In this document: piece by piece, positions 40,901 to 51,686 of the stretch
Position numbering within the stretch: the first letter of the stretch is position 1
How the letters are laid out: the number at the start of each line of letters is the position of its first letter
Assembly: GCA_965217865.1 (NCBI GenBank)
Contig: CBDCJO010000002.1
Coordinates: forward strand, 2,656,001 to 2,720,000
Length of the DNA: 64,000 nucleotides
From: Candidatus Latescibacterota bacterium
GTDB taxonomy: Bacteria > Latescibacterota > UBA2968 > SICM01
Reading direction: 5' to 3'
Program-made: the position numbers and the translations under genes
The notes under the pieces: generated by a model
Told to the model about the DNA's origin: nothing
The model's database searches: none
The model's input: the letters and a program-made list of their open reading frames with translations, nothing else

Positions 40901-42367
40901 ATGAGCACTGAGACTGAAGCCTTAGAAGAGATTGCAAATAGAGAATACAAGCATGGTTTCGTGACGGATATCGAGACCGATTCAGCCCCACCCGGACTGA
41001 ACGAAGACACCATCCGCCTGATATCGAACAAAAAGGAAGAGCCCGAGTTCCTGCTTGAGTGGCGCCTTAAAGCTTACCGCAACTGGCTGAAGATGGAGGA
41101 TCCGACCCGGAGAAAGGCGAGTGAGCGCTGGGCCATGGTCCATTATCCGGACATCGACTACCAGAGCATCATCTACTACTCCGCCCCGAAGCAGAAAATA
41201 CAGCTGGAGAGCCTGGATGAAGTAGATCCCAAACTCCTTGAAACCTACGAGAAGCTCGGCATTCCCCTCCAGGAACAGAAGATGTTGTCCGGCGTCGCCG
41301 TCGACGCGGTCTTTGACAGCGTCTCCGTGGCCACAACCTTCAAGGAAAAGCTCGGGGAATTGGGTATCATCTTCGGCTCGTTTTCCGAGGCTGTGCAAAA
41401 TCATCCGGATCTGGTCAGGAAGTATGTCGGGTCCGTGGTGCCGTATAACGACAACTACTTCGCTGCCCTCAACTCCGCGGTCTTCACCGACGGGTCATTC
41501 TGTTATATCCCCAAAGGTGTGCGTTGTCCCATGGAATTGTCCACCTATTTCCGCATCAACGCCGCCAGCACCGGCCAGTTTGAGCGTACTCTGATCATCG
41601 CAGACGAGGGCAGTTACGTCAGTTACCTCGAGGGTTGCACCGCCCCGATGCGAGACGAGAATCAGTTACACGCCGCAGTGGTGGAGCTTGTTGCCCTGGA
41701 GGGGGCCCAGATCAAGTACTCGACCATCCAGAACTGGTATCCCGGGGACGAAGAGGGGAAGGGGGGGATCTTCAACTTTGTCACCAAGCGCGGCGCCTGC
41801 CGCGGCCGGAATTCCAAAATCTCATGGACTCAGGTTGAAACGGGTTCGGCCATCACGTGGAAATACCCCAGCTGCATCCTGCAGGGAGATAATTCCATCG
41901 GCGAATTCTATTCCGTGGCAGTCACCTCCGCTCGTCAGCAGGCCGACACCGGGACCCACATGCTCCACATCGGAAAAAATACCCGCAGCACCGTCGTCTC
42001 CAAAGGCATTGCCGCCGGCCGCGGCCAGAACACCTATCGCGGTGAGGTGAAAGTCCTGAAGAAAGCCTCAAACGCCCGCAACTTCACGCAATGCGACTCG
42101 ATGCTCATCGGAGACCAATGCGGTGCCCATACCTTCCCCTACATCTACGTTCGAAACAACACCGCCCAGGTGGAGCACGAGGCGACCACCTCAAAAATTG
42201 GTGAGGATCAGATATTTTACTGCAATCAGCGGGGCATCTCCACAGAGGACGCGGTCTCCATGATCGTAAACGGATTCTGTAAGGAGGTCCTCGCGGAGCT
42301 GCCGATGGAATTCGCGGTCGAAGCCCAGAAGCTCCTGGGCATCAGCCTGGAGGGGAGCGTCGGATAA
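40901..42367 (+). CDS. sufB: Fe-S cluster assembly protein SufB
   Basis: [23 protein letters not shown] and LPMEFAVEA. Confidence 0.98.
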   Translation: MSTETEALEEIANREYKHGFVTDIETDSAPPGLNEDTIRLISNKKEEPEFLLEWRLKAYRNWLKMEDPTRRKASERWAMVHYPDIDYQSIIYYSAPKQKIQLESLDEVDPKLLETYEKLGIPLQEQKMLSGVAVDAVFDSVSVATTFKEKLGELGIIFGSFSEAVQNHPDLVRKYVGSVVPYNDNYFAALNSAVFTDGSFCYIPKGVRCPMELSTYFRINAASTGQFERTLIIADEGSYVSYLEGCTAPMRDENQLHAAVVELVALEGAQIKYSTIQNWYPGDEEGKGGIFNFVTKRGACRGRNSKISWTQVETGSAITWKYPSCILQGDNSIGEFYSVAVTSARQQADTGTHMLHIGKNTRSTVVSKGIAAGRGQNTYRGEVKVLKKASNARNFTQCDSMLIGDQCGAHTFPYIYVRNNTAQVEHEATTSKIGEDQIFYCNQRGISTEDAVSMIVNGFCKEVLAELPMEFAVEAQKLLGISLEGSVG

Positions 42368-42404
42368 CCGCCATCCGAACATCGTAAATGTGGAAAGGAC
42401 CATT

Positions 42405-43172
42405 ATGCTGGAAATCAGAAATCTGCACGCGAGTGTCGAAGGCACTGAAATTTTGAGAGGTATCGACCTCAAGGTAAATCCTGGAGAAATACACGCCATC
42501 ATGGGACCCAACGGCTCGGGCAAGAGCACCCTCGCCCAGATCATGGCCGGCCACGAAGATTATGAAGTCACGGCGGGAGAGGTAACCTACGAGGGGAAAG
42601 ACCTTCTGGAACTCGACCCGGATGAACGTGCCCGTGAGGGCATCTTTATGGCCTTTCAGTACCCGGTTGAAATCCCCGGGGTCAACACCGCCTATTTCCT
42701 CAGGACCGGGCTCAACGAAATCCGCAAGCACCGTGGGGAGGAGGAAATGGATGCCATGGATTTCCTGAGCTTGATCAGGGAAAAGCTGAAACTTGTGGAA
42801 ATGGAAGAGAGCTTCCTGAAACGATCGGTCAACGAAGGGTTCTCGGGGGGCGAGAAAAAGCGTCACGAAATCCTTCAGCTTGCGGTCCTGGAGCCCAGGC
42901 TGGCGATCCTGGACGAGACCGACTCGGGTCTCGATATCGATGCGTTAAAGATCGTGGCCAATGGCGTCAACAAACTCCACAGCCCCGACAAGAGCGTGAT
43001 CGTCGTGACCCACTACCAGCGTCTGCTCAACTACATCGTCCCCGACTTCGTGCACGTGATGGTGAAAGGACGTTTCCTCAAATCAGGGGGCAAAGAACTC
43101 GCGATTGAACTCGATGAAAAGGGCTACGACTGGGTGAAGCAAGATGCGGAAAGTGAAATCGTGAATGCATAG
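42405..43172 (+). CDS. sufC: Fe-S cluster assembly ATPase SufC
   Basis: GPNGSGKST, FSGGEKKR and LDETDSGLDID. Confidence 0.98.
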   Translation: MLEIRNLHASVEGTEILRGIDLKVNPGEIHAIMGPNGSGKSTLAQIMAGHEDYEVTAGEVTYEGKDLLELDPDERAREGIFMAFQYPVEIPGVNTAYFLRTGLNEIRKHRGEEEMDAMDFLSLIREKLKLVEMEESFLKRSVNEGFSGGEKKRHEILQLAVLEPRLAILDETDSGLDIDALKIVANGVNKLHSPDKSVIVVTHYQRLLNYIVPDFVHVMVKGRFLKSGGKELAIELDEKGYDWVKQDAESEIVNA

Positions 43173-43180
43173 GAGCGTTA

Positions 43181-44539
43181 GTGGCGATGACCAGAACCAC
43201 GGCAAAAGACAACCGCGAATGGTACCTGGCGAGTTTCAAGGGGTTTGAGAAAAGCCTCAACGGTGGGTTGAAATCTCCCCTCCACAGGATTCGTCGGGAC
43301 GCGATCCAGCACTTCGAAGAGCGTGGGTTTCCCACCCACCGGGACGAGGATTGGAGGCACACGAGTGTGTCCTCGCTCGTCGCGCTCGAGTTCACCCCCA
43401 TACTGGGTTACGATCCCGTCGGCATGACCCGTGACGATATCACACCGTTCGCTTTTGCGGGTCTTGACTGCGTCCAGCTCGTATTCGTCAACGGCCACTA
43501 TGCCCCGGAGCTTTCCGCAACGGATAAGCTTCCGGATGAAATAAAGGCCATGAGCCTATCCGCAGGCCTCGAGGAAGTGCCGGTTCTTGTGGAAACTCAC
43601 CTGAGCCGCCACACCCCTTATGAAGCCGGGGCCTTTGCTGCCCTCAACACCGCTTTTCTGAAAGACGGGGCCTTCCTCCACCTTCCACAAAATGCTGTGT
43701 TCGAAATTCCCATCCACCTGCTCTTCATCTCAACAGGGAGTGAGAATCCTACAATCTCACACCCCCGGAACCTGATCGTCGTGGAAGCGAACGCTCAGGC
43801 CTCTGTGATCGAAAGCTACGTCAGCCTGAAGGACCGCGTCCACCTGACCAACGCGGTCACCGAAATCGTGTTGGGCGAGAACTCGGTTCTTGATCATATC
43901 AAGATCCAACGGGAGAGTGGCAATGCCTTCCATGTCGGGACGACGCACGTGAGGGAAAACCGGGGCTGCAACTTTACTTCGCACAACATCACCTTGGGCG
44001 CCCGTCTGGCCCGCAACGACATCACAACCGTCCTGGATGGAGAAGGTGTGGAATCCACCCTTAACGGTCTTTACCTGGGAAGAGGCCAACAGCACATCGA
44101 CAACCATACCCTGATCGAGCACGCGCAACCCAATTGTAGCAGCCACGAGCTATACAAGGGAATCCTCAACGACCGGGCCAAGGGTGTCTTCCGCGGCAAG
44201 ATCCTCGTTCATCAGGCTGCCCAGAAGACGGATGCATATCAGTCAAACCAAAATCTGCTCCTTTCCGAGGAAGCCGAAGCCACATCCAAACCCCAACTGG
44301 AAATCTACGCCGACGACGTAAAGTGCAGCCACGGGTCCACGACCGGACAGTTGGATGCCGATGCCATATTCTACCTCCGTTCCCGTGGTATCGACAAGGA
44401 AAATGCCATCCGTTTGTTGACTCGATCATTTGCCGGTGAGGTCCTCGAGCGAATTAAAATCGAGCCGGTTCGGACGCAGCTCGACCGGTTTGTGTTTGAA
44501 AAACTCGAAGAAGGCCGAACGGACACGGAATCCCAATGA
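43181..44539 (+). CDS. sufD: Fe-S cluster assembly protein SufD
   Basis: [15 protein letters not shown] and FYLRSRGI. Confidence 0.97.
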   Translation: MAMTRTTAKDNREWYLASFKGFEKSLNGGLKSPLHRIRRDAIQHFEERGFPTHRDEDWRHTSVSSLVALEFTPILGYDPVGMTRDDITPFAFAGLDCVQLVFVNGHYAPELSATDKLPDEIKAMSLSAGLEEVPVLVETHLSRHTPYEAGAFAALNTAFLKDGAFLHLPQNAVFEIPIHLLFISTGSENPTISHPRNLIVVEANAQASVIESYVSLKDRVHLTNAVTEIVLGENSVLDHIKIQRESGNAFHVGTTHVRENRGCNFTSHNITLGARLARNDITTVLDGEGVESTLNGLYLGRGQQHIDNHTLIEHAQPNCSSHELYKGILNDRAKGVFRGKILVHQAAQKTDAYQSNQNLLLSEEAEATSKPQLEIYADDVKCSHGSTTGQLDADAIFYLRSRGIDKENAIRLLTRSFAGEVLERIKIEPVRTQLDRFVFEKLEEGRTDTESQ

Positions 44540-45816
44540 GCAGAGCTTACCACGCATACGCGATAGAAAAACCGGGTTGGGCCGAGGCTTCGGATACCCC
44601 GTTTGACGTGCAGAAGGTGCGGGAAGATTTTCCGATCCTGAGACGGTTGGTATATGGCAAACCCCTGGTCTACCTCGACAATGCCGCGACGACCCAGAAA
44701 CCTCAGCCCGTTATCGACGCGATCGAACACTATTATTCAGATCAAAACGCCAACATCCATCGGGGGGTCCACTTCCTGAGCCAGAGAGCCACCTGCTCCT
44801 ATGAAGGGGCACGCTCAAAAGCAAGGGGCTTTCTGAACGCGGCGGAAGACAAGGAAATCGTGTTTGTTCGCGGAACAACGGAGGCCATCAACCTCGTCGC
44901 GCAGACCCACGTCCGGAAACACATCCGGAAGGGTGATGAAATCATTATCTCCGGGATGGAGCACCACTCCAACATCGTCCCCTGGCAGATGCTCTGTGAA
45001 GAATCGGGAGCGATCCTACGGGTCATCCCAATTAGTGATGATGGGGAACTGCTCCTTCACGAATACGAGAAACTTCTGAACAAAAAGACAAAATTTATTT
45101 CGGTCGTCCACCTGTCCAACGCCCTTGGCACTATCAACCCCATCAAAGAGATCGTCCAAAAGGCGCACCTCCAGGGTGTTCCCGTTCTGGTCGACGGGGC
45201 CCAAGCCGCGCCTCACTTAAAAGTGGACGTCCGGGATCTTGACTGCGACTTTTACACCTTCTCAGGGCACAAGGTATATGGTCCGACGGGAATCGGCGTG
45301 CTTTACGGCAAGAGGGAGCTTCTTGAGGAAATGCCCCCATATCAGGGAGGGGGAGAGATGATCCTTTCCGTCACCTTTGAAAAAACGATTTATAAAGATA
45401 TCCCCGAGAGGTTTGAAGCCGGAACACCGCATATCGAAGGCGGTATCGGACTCGGATCGGCAATCGACTATGTGAATGAAGTGGGGATGGAAACTGCAGC
45501 CGCCTACGAGCATGAGCTGTTGGCGTATGCCACGGACGAGCTCTCTCAAGTCCGGGGCCTTAGGATTATCGGGACCGCCCGGGAGAAAGCCAGCGTTCTT
45601 TCCTTTGTCCTCGACGACATCCATCCCCACGATATCGGAACAATCCTTGACCGCGAGGGCGTCGCGGTTCGCGCGGGTCACCATTGCGCCCAACCGGTGA
45701 TGCTTCGTTTCGGTGTCCCGGCGACCGTGCGGGCGTCTCTGGCCTTCTACAACACCAGGGAAGATGTAGATGCGCTGGTGCGAGGGCTCCACAAAGCCAT
45801 CGAGGTATTCGGTTAA
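44536..45816 (+). CDS. sufS: Cysteine desulfurase SufS
   Basis: [15 protein letters not shown] and RAGHHCA. Confidence 0.97.
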   Translation: MSRAYHAYAIEKPGWAEASDTPFDVQKVREDFPILRRLVYGKPLVYLDNAATTQKPQPVIDAIEHYYSDQNANIHRGVHFLSQRATCSYEGARSKARGFLNAAEDKEIVFVRGTTEAINLVAQTHVRKHIRKGDEIIISGMEHHSNIVPWQMLCEESGAILRVIPISDDGELLLHEYEKLLNKKTKFISVVHLSNALGTINPIKEIVQKAHLQGVPVLVDGAQAAPHLKVDVRDLDCDFYTFSGHKVYGPTGIGVLYGKRELLEEMPPYQGGGEMILSVTFEKTIYKDIPERFEAGTPHIEGGIGLGSAIDYVNEVGMETAAAYEHELLAYATDELSQVRGLRIIGTAREKASVLSFVLDDIHPHDIGTILDREGVAVRAGHHCAQPVMLRFGVPATVRASLAFYNTREDVDALVRGLHKAIEVFG

Positions 45817-46268
45817 TGTCCGAACTCCGCGAACTCTATCAGCAAGTCATCCTCGATCACAACAAGAGCCCCCGAAACTTCCAAAAGTTAGAGGACGCAA
45901 ATCGGACATCGGAGGGTTTTAATCCGCTTTGCGGAGATCACATCCATCTCTATCTAAAATTAGAAGAGGATGTGATCCAAGATATCGGGTTTCAGGGTTC
46001 GGGCTGTGCCATATCAAAGGCCTCGGCCTCCCTTATGAGTTCGGCCTTAAAAGGAAAGACGCTGGAGGAGGCCGAAACCCTGTTCCGCAGATTTCAGACC
46101 ATGGTCACCGGAAGCCCCGAAGCGGAACCGGACTCAGACGGCCTGGGAAAGCTTGCCGTTTTTTCCGGCGTACGGGAATTCCCGGTGCGGATCAAATGCG
46201 CAACCCTGTCCTGGCATACCCTGCGCGCCGCGTTGAAGAGGAAAGATCAACCTGTGTCCACCGAGTGA
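45816..46268 (+). CDS. sufU: SufU sulfur-transfer protein
   Basis: LYQQVILDH, NPLCGD, GCAISKASAS and RIKCATL. Confidence 0.95.
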   Translation: MSELRELYQQVILDHNKSPRNFQKLEDANRTSEGFNPLCGDHIHLYLKLEEDVIQDIGFQGSGCAISKASASLMSSALKGKTLEEAETLFRRFQTMVTGSPEAEPDSDGLGKLAVFSGVREFPVRIKCATLSWHTLRAALKRKDQPVSTE

Positions 46269-46302
46269 CCAGGCAGGTCCCGAGCAACAGGAGGAAATTC
46301 AA

Positions 46303-46899
46303 ATGGGCGGAATTCTAGATCTCTTCCGAAACAAAAAGGACCCGAAAAAAAACCAGGAAAATAGGCCGTCTCCGGAACCTGCTCCCGTATCCTCGACCGG
46401 TGAATCATCCCCCCACACGACTCCGCCGCCGGGGCCTTCTACCGGTTCGACCCCTCCGGAACCTCAAACCGGTCAAGGAGGTCCCCCGGAGAGTAAAGCT
46501 CCCGTTGGATCGGTTGAATCTCAGGAGGCTGCCGAAGGGCCTTCCCCTGTCGAGACATCGTCCGATGAGCCACCCGATTCTTCCGCTCCAGGAACAAAGG
46601 ATATCGAGGAAAAGGCCGTCGAAGTCCTGCGCAACACCTTCGATCCGGAAATACCCGTCAATATATACGAACTGGGGTTGATCTACGAGGTCAAAGTGGA
46701 CGGATCCAACGCAGTCTACATCAAGATGACCCTCACCTCTCCGGCCTGCCCGGTTGCGGGAACCCTTCCTCCGGAAGTGGAAAACAAGGTGAAAGCTATC
46801 CCGGGGGTCACCGGGGCCAAGATCGACCTTGTCTGGGACCCCCCCTGGGACCCGAGCATGATGACGGAGGCCGCTAAGTTACAGCTCGGCATGATGTAG
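46303..46899 (+). CDS. sufT: SufT/DUF59 Fe-S maturation protein with a Pro/Ser-rich N-terminal extension
   Basis: DPEIPVNIYELGLIY, MTLTSPACP and WDPPW. Confidence 0.9.
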   Translation: MGGILDLFRNKKDPKKNQENRPSPEPAPVSSTGESSPHTTPPPGPSTGSTPPEPQTGQGGPPESKAPVGSVESQEAAEGPSPVETSSDEPPDSSAPGTKDIEEKAVEVLRNTFDPEIPVNIYELGLIYEVKVDGSNAVYIKMTLTSPACPVAGTLPPEVENKVKAIPGVTGAKIDLVWDPPWDPSMMTEAAKLQLGMM

Positions 46900-47086
46900 T
46901 GGATAAATCGTAGAACAGGGAAAAGGGGAATTTGACGATGGCCTCTCCAAAGGGCATTATCCCCAACTGGAGGATTGTCCGGCCGATCCGATCTTGACTA
47001 AATCCTCGAATTCATTATATTCTGAATCCTGTAAACCTTGAGATTAGAAAAACAGTCAACCCCCCAAGACAATCCGTGAGGTTATT

Positions 47087-47581
47087 ATGCTCAATCAGAT
47101 GGGCGGTGAAGGTTTCATCATGTCCAGGGTGGATGATCTGATCAACTGGGGGAGAAAGAACTCCCTCTGGCCGATGCCTTTCGGGACTGCGTGCTGTGCG
47201 ATTGAGATGATGGCCACGCTTTCGGGTCGTTTCGACATGGCCAGGTTCGGGGCTGAAGCCATACGGTTTTCACCCCGGCAGTCCGACCTGATGCTCGTAT
47301 CCGGTCGAATCTCGATCAAGATGATGCCGGTCCTCAAAAAGATCTACGATCAGATGCCCGATCCGAAATGGGTCATATCCATGGGCGCTTGCGCCTCCTC
47401 TGGGGGGGTATTCAATACCTACACCCTGGTTCAGGGGGTTGATCAATTTCTTCCGGTGGATGTTTACATCCCGGGTTGCCCTCCGAGGCCCGAAGATCTG
47501 ATCGACGCCTTGATCAAGATCCAGAAGAAGATCGAAAAAGAACGCCCCACAAGGGAGCACACGGCTGTATCGATCGCTTAA
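47087..47581 (+). CDS. nuoB: NADH-quinone oxidoreductase subunit B, paralog 1
   Basis: [25 protein letters not shown] and PGCPP. Confidence 0.93.
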   Translation: MLNQMGGEGFIMSRVDDLINWGRKNSLWPMPFGTACCAIEMMATLSGRFDMARFGAEAIRFSPRQSDLMLVSGRISIKMMPVLKKIYDQMPDPKWVISMGACASSGGVFNTYTLVQGVDQFLPVDVYIPGCPPRPEDLIDALIKIQKKIEKERPTREHTAVSIA

Positions 47582-47587
47582 GATTTT

Positions 47588-48553
47588 ATGCATACCTCAA
47601 TCAATCAACTCTCAAATATCTCGGCCGAGATTGTTCGGACCTATGGCGTTCACCGGGATATCAATCGGATAGAGGGTGAAAACCTCCCGTTCGGGGAACG
47701 CGTCATCGCAACCCTTCAGGACCTGCTGACGCTGTTGTTCCCTGGCTACATCGGCCGGGATGTTCCCGATGAGTACGACATCTCGTTCTTCGTAAACGGG
47801 CTCGTCAACTCCGCCTACCTGAGTTTCAGGGAGGAGATTTCAAGGAGCTTGAGCTATCAGTGTAAGTTGGAAAAGGAATTTCGAATCAAAAACTGCAATG
47901 AAAAAGGAGAGGAGTATTCCCTTTCTCTCTTGAAGAAGATCCCGGAGCTTCGCGAAATTCTGCATATGGACGTACAGGCCGCCTATGACGGTGACCCGGC
48001 CGCGAGAAGTCTCGACGAAATCATCCTCAGCTATCCCGGAATCCTGGCCGTGGCCACCTACCGTCTCGGTCATGAACTCTATCTTATGGATGTTCCTTTC
48101 ATCCCGAGGATCATGACGGAATGGGCACACAGCAAAACGGGGATCGACATCCATCCCGGTGCCACAATCGGCCGTCGGTTTTTCATCGACCACGGGACCG
48201 GGGTTGTGATCGGAGAAACCACGGAGATCGGGAACGACGTCAAGCTCTACGGGGGGGTGACCCTTGGAGCCCGAAGTTTCCCGAAGAATCCGGATGGGAG
48301 CGTCGTCAAAGGCGGAAAAAGGCACCCGACAATTGAAGATGGGGTGACGATTTACACGAATGCCACCATCCTGGGAGGAGATACGGTAATCGGAAGAGGC
48401 GCCGTCATTGGAGGGAACGTCTGGTTGACCTGGTCCGTCCCACCGGGCACGCAGGTTACCACGCGGGTGAAACAGGAATTTAAGGAATCCGGATCCGAGG
48501 ATCCGTCATTTGATTCGGAACTGGTCGCCATGGCCGACGTATCTTCAACGTAG
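47588..48553 (+). CDS. cysE: Serine O-acetyltransferase (long form)
   Basis: GDPAA, YPG, TGIDIHPGA, FIDHGTG and KRHPT. Confidence 0.92.
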   Translation: MHTSINQLSNISAEIVRTYGVHRDINRIEGENLPFGERVIATLQDLLTLLFPGYIGRDVPDEYDISFFVNGLVNSAYLSFREEISRSLSYQCKLEKEFRIKNCNEKGEEYSLSLLKKIPELREILHMDVQAAYDGDPAARSLDEIILSYPGILAVATYRLGHELYLMDVPFIPRIMTEWAHSKTGIDIHPGATIGRRFFIDHGTGVVIGETTEIGNDVKLYGGVTLGARSFPKNPDGSVVKGGKRHPTIEDGVTIYTNATILGGDTVIGRGAVIGGNVWLTWSVPPGTQVTTRVKQEFKESGSEDPSFDSELVAMADVSST

Positions 48554-48562
48554 GAGGTCCGA

Positions 48563-49048
48563 ATGGGCCTGGTCGAAGGGCGGTTCAAGGATAACATCAT
48601 CGTCACATCGGCGGACTATTTCATCAACTGGGCCCGGCTCTCCTCAATATGGCCGATGGGTTTTGGGCTGGCCTGTTGTGCCATTGAAATGATGGCCACC
48701 GGGGCTTCTCGATACGACCTGGATAGGCTGGGCGTCATCTTTCGGCCATCGCCACGTCAATCGGATCTGATGATCGTGGCCGGCACAGTCACCCTGAAGA
48801 TGGCCACAAGACTCAAGCGGCTGTATGAACAGATGCCCGAGCCAAAATATGTCATCGCTATGGGCTGCTGTGCGACATCGGGCGGGCCCTATTGGCAGCA
48901 CGGATATCACGTCCTCAAGGGCGTGGACCGGGTTGTCCCCGTAGATGTCTACGTGCCCGGATGCCCGCCCCGGCCTGAATCCCTGATGGAAGGGATCATC
49001 AAGCTCCAGGAAAAGATCCGAAACAAGACCATCGCGAAAAGGGCATAA
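48563..49048 (+). CDS. nuoB: NADH-quinone oxidoreductase subunit B, paralog 2
   Basis: [27 protein letters not shown] and PGCPP. Confidence 0.93.
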   Translation: MGLVEGRFKDNIIVTSADYFINWARLSSIWPMGFGLACCAIEMMATGASRYDLDRLGVIFRPSPRQSDLMIVAGTVTLKMATRLKRLYEQMPEPKYVIAMGCCATSGGPYWQHGYHVLKGVDRVVPVDVYVPGCPPRPESLMEGIIKLQEKIRNKTIAKRA

Positions 49049-49111
49049 CTCAGGAATCGGGGAATGGGGGGTCCAACCCCTGACTCCCGACCCCTTCTAC
49101 CGAGGTTTCCC

Positions 49112-49636
49112 ATGGTTGGCTATTTCCGGAATATCTGGCTCGGCATATGGACGGTCCTGGTTGGCATGAAGGTCACACTACGCCACCTGTTCGTACCCTC
49201 TATCACACTCCAATATCCAGACGTGAAGTGGGAAATGCCCGAGCGCTCACGTAACCGGCTATTCAACGACATCGACGATTGCATCGGGTGTGATCAGTGT
49301 GCAAGAGTCTGCCCGGTGGACTGTATCTACATCGAGACGGAAAAGGCCGGCCCCGAGGAGGACCTTGGGAAGACCTCAACGGGTCATAAAAAACGGCTGA
49401 AGGTCCTGAAATTCGATATCGACATGTCATTGTGCTGCTACTGCAACTTATGCACATATCCCTGCCCGACGGAATGCCTCGTCATGACCCCGTCCTACGA
49501 ATTTTCGGTATACGACAGGAAGGATTTTGTATTCCACTATTCGCGTCCTGAGGATTCCGGAGGCGTTCCCGAAGAGGGGACCCTGGTACCGGCAGGCGAG
49601 ACCCACTGGAGCCCGCAACCGGAAGTCCCCGACTGA
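49112..49636 (+). CDS. nuoI: NADH-quinone oxidoreductase subunit I (2x[4Fe-4S])
   Basis: TLQYP, CIGCDQCARVCP and CCYCNLCTYPCP. Confidence 0.88.
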   Translation: MVGYFRNIWLGIWTVLVGMKVTLRHLFVPSITLQYPDVKWEMPERSRNRLFNDIDDCIGCDQCARVCPVDCIYIETEKAGPEEDLGKTSTGHKKRLKVLKFDIDMSLCCYCNLCTYPCPTECLVMTPSYEFSVYDRKDFVFHYSRPEDSGGVPEEGTLVPAGETHWSPQPEVPD

Positions 49637-49671
49637 ACATGAGATGGTCATAAGCCGTTCATAGAGCGAAA

Positions 49672-49706
49672 AAAGCCCTGATGCTATCTTTGAGCATCAG
49701 GGCTTT
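49672..49706. terminator. Bidirectional intrinsic terminator
   Basis: 14-bp stem AAAGCCCTGATGCT/AGCATCAGGGCTTT between the convergent nuoI and rluD. Confidence 0.85.
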
Positions 49707-49813
49707 CTGTTTATAGAGGATAGTATTGGCGGACCGACAAACCTCAACTCAAGCTGAAAAACTTTTCCCATCCGTTTCTGCAGGAACCGTTCCTACCCCA
49801 CCGTGAGGGCTCG

Positions 49814-50779
49814 TTATGTGAGGCGGTATAAATCCTTTTCCAGGATTTTCATGTCCTCCGGTGGATCGGATTCAAAAACAAGGTTTTCCCCCGTGTCCGG
49901 GTGGACAAATCCGAGAAGACCCGCGTGGAGGGCCTGCCTGGGCATCAAGCCGAGAAGCCGTCGGGCGTCCCTCCGAAATTCCGAAGCGATCCCGGACAAC
50001 CGTTTCTCCCTCCCACCATAAATCGGGTCACCAAACACGGGATGTCCGATGTGGGATAGGTGGACTCGTATCTGATGAGTACGACCTGTCTCAAGATGAA
50101 TCGAAAGGTGGGAAAGGAAGTCGAACCTCGCCTCTAATTTATACCGCGTCGCTGCATCTCTGGAATGCGAGGGGGTCACGGCCATTCGCTTCCGGTCTCC
50201 CCGGCTGCGGCCGATCGGCGCCTCGATCCTGCCGGCCCCCTCTCCCAAATGTCCCCAAACAAACGCCAAATAAAGACGTTCGAACTCCCTGGCCTGGAGC
50301 TGGTCGGAAAGCCCTCTGTGGGCTCGATCGTTTTTTGCGACGACCAGCAACCCGGAGGTGTCCTTATCCAGCCGGTGGACGATCCCGGGACGCAGGACGC
50401 CGTTAATCCCCGAAAGGCTGTCGCAGTGGTATAAAAGGGCGTTTACAAGCGTTCCCGATCGTATTCCCGTCCCTGGATGCACGACCATACCCGGAGGTTT
50501 GTTGACGACCATCAGATGCGGGTCTTCAAAAAGGACTTCGAGGGGAATAGCCTCGGGAACCAGTTCATACGGCTCCGGGTCCGGAACCTGAATCTCGACC
50601 CGATCCCCCGGCCGCATCTTGAAGCTCGAACGGGTCGGTTGATCGTTCACCCAAACGCGACCTTCTTCGATCAGGTGCTGGATGTGGGAACGGGAGAGGG
50701 AGAGATCTGATTGTGCGAGGAAAAGGTCGAGACGAACGGGAGGAGCACTGGATGGAAAGAGGATATCGATCCGTTGCAT
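49814..50779 (-). CDS. rluD: RluA-family 23S rRNA pseudouridine synthase
   Basis: S4 domain, NKPPGMVVHP, HRLDKDTSG and TGRTHQIRVH. Confidence 0.92.
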   Translation of the reverse strand: MQRIDILFPSSAPPVRLDLFLAQSDLSLSRSHIQHLIEEGRVWVNDQPTRSSFKMRPGDRVEIQVPDPEPYELVPEAIPLEVLFEDPHLMVVNKPPGMVVHPGTGIRSGTLVNALLYHCDSLSGINGVLRPGIVHRLDKDTSGLLVVAKNDRAHRGLSDQLQAREFERLYLAFVWGHLGEGAGRIEAPIGRSRGDRKRMAVTPSHSRDAATRYKLEARFDFLSHLSIHLETGRTHQIRVHLSHIGHPVFGDPIYGGREKRLSGIASEFRRDARRLLGLMPRQALHAGLLGFVHPDTGENLVFESDPPEDMKILEKDLYRLT

Positions 50780-51309
50780 TATTGCCTCTGATCGGGGTCC
50801 GGGTTTCGGGTTGCTGTACCCCAAACCTTGAGACCGAGGCCCTTGATGATTTGTGAAAACGGTGTCGGAAAGAAGTATTCCGTAATCAGGAGAAAGACGC
50901 CCACGGTGACGAAGGAATCAGCGATATTGAACACATACCACCTATAGGCCCCGAATCCCACATCCAGAAAATCGATGACTTCTCCCAGGCGGAGCCTGTC
51001 GATCATATTCCCGAGTGCCCCCCCCAATACCATGGAGAGTCCGATTTGTGCCAGGCGTTCCTCTACTTTTGTCTTCTTGAGCAGTGTTGCAACAAGAACC
51101 AGGGCGAGAAGCGACAGGATAAAATGAAAAGAAGCACCGCCGAATTTCAACCCGAAAACGGCACCGGGATTGAGGATATACGTAAGCCGGATCACGTCAC
51201 CGACGATCCGGAGCGACTCTCCAGGCTCCATCCCTCTGGTGACTGCAACCTTGGATAACTGATCCATGGAAAGGGCGAGAAGGACGATGGACAGGCGCAA
51301 ACTCTTCAT
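50779..51309 (-). CDS. lspA: Lipoprotein signal peptidase
   Basis: DQLSK, NPGAVFG, GALGNMIDR and VFNIADS. Confidence 0.96.
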   Translation of the reverse strand: MKSLRLSIVLLALSMDQLSKVAVTRGMEPGESLRIVGDVIRLTYILNPGAVFGLKFGGASFHFILSLLALVLVATLLKKTKVEERLAQIGLSMVLGGALGNMIDRLRLGEVIDFLDVGFGAYRWYVFNIADSFVTVGVFLLITEYFFPTPFSQIIKGLGLKVWGTATRNPDPDQRQ

Positions 51310-51677
51310 TGCTTTTCGCCCTCTTTGGATTTACAGGTCACGCACATGGTAGCAGTTGGAACGGCCTCCAGGCGCTCCTTCGATATCTTCCCCTTGCATA
51401 CCCTGCAAATCCCAAACGTACCCTCTTCGATTCGCTCCATCGCACTTTCCAAATGGGTCAGGTAAGCCTCATCACGCGTGGCAAACATAAAGGCCTTCTC
51501 CCGCTCCATCGAATCCGACCCCAGATCGGGCATGTGATCGGAATATGAAGAACCACCCGATGATTCAGTTGGGTTGGGGTTCGTCGACCGTTCTTCCAGC
51601 TCCCCTAGGTCCTTCAGAAGTTCCTCTCGCTTCGAGCAAATGAGCGCTCTGAAGTGTTCCAACTCCTGCTCCGTCAT
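51306..51677 (-). CDS. TraR/DksA C4-type zinc finger protein
   Basis: Coiled coil, HMPD tip and GICRVC...ERLEAVP...CVTC. Confidence 0.9.
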   Translation of the reverse strand: MTEQELEHFRALICSKREELLKDLGELEERSTNPNPTESSGGSSYSDHMPDLGSDSMEREKAFMFATRDEAYLTHLESAMERIEEGTFGICRVCKGKISKERLEAVPTATMCVTCKSKEGEKQ

Positions 51678-51686
51678 TCAGATCTC

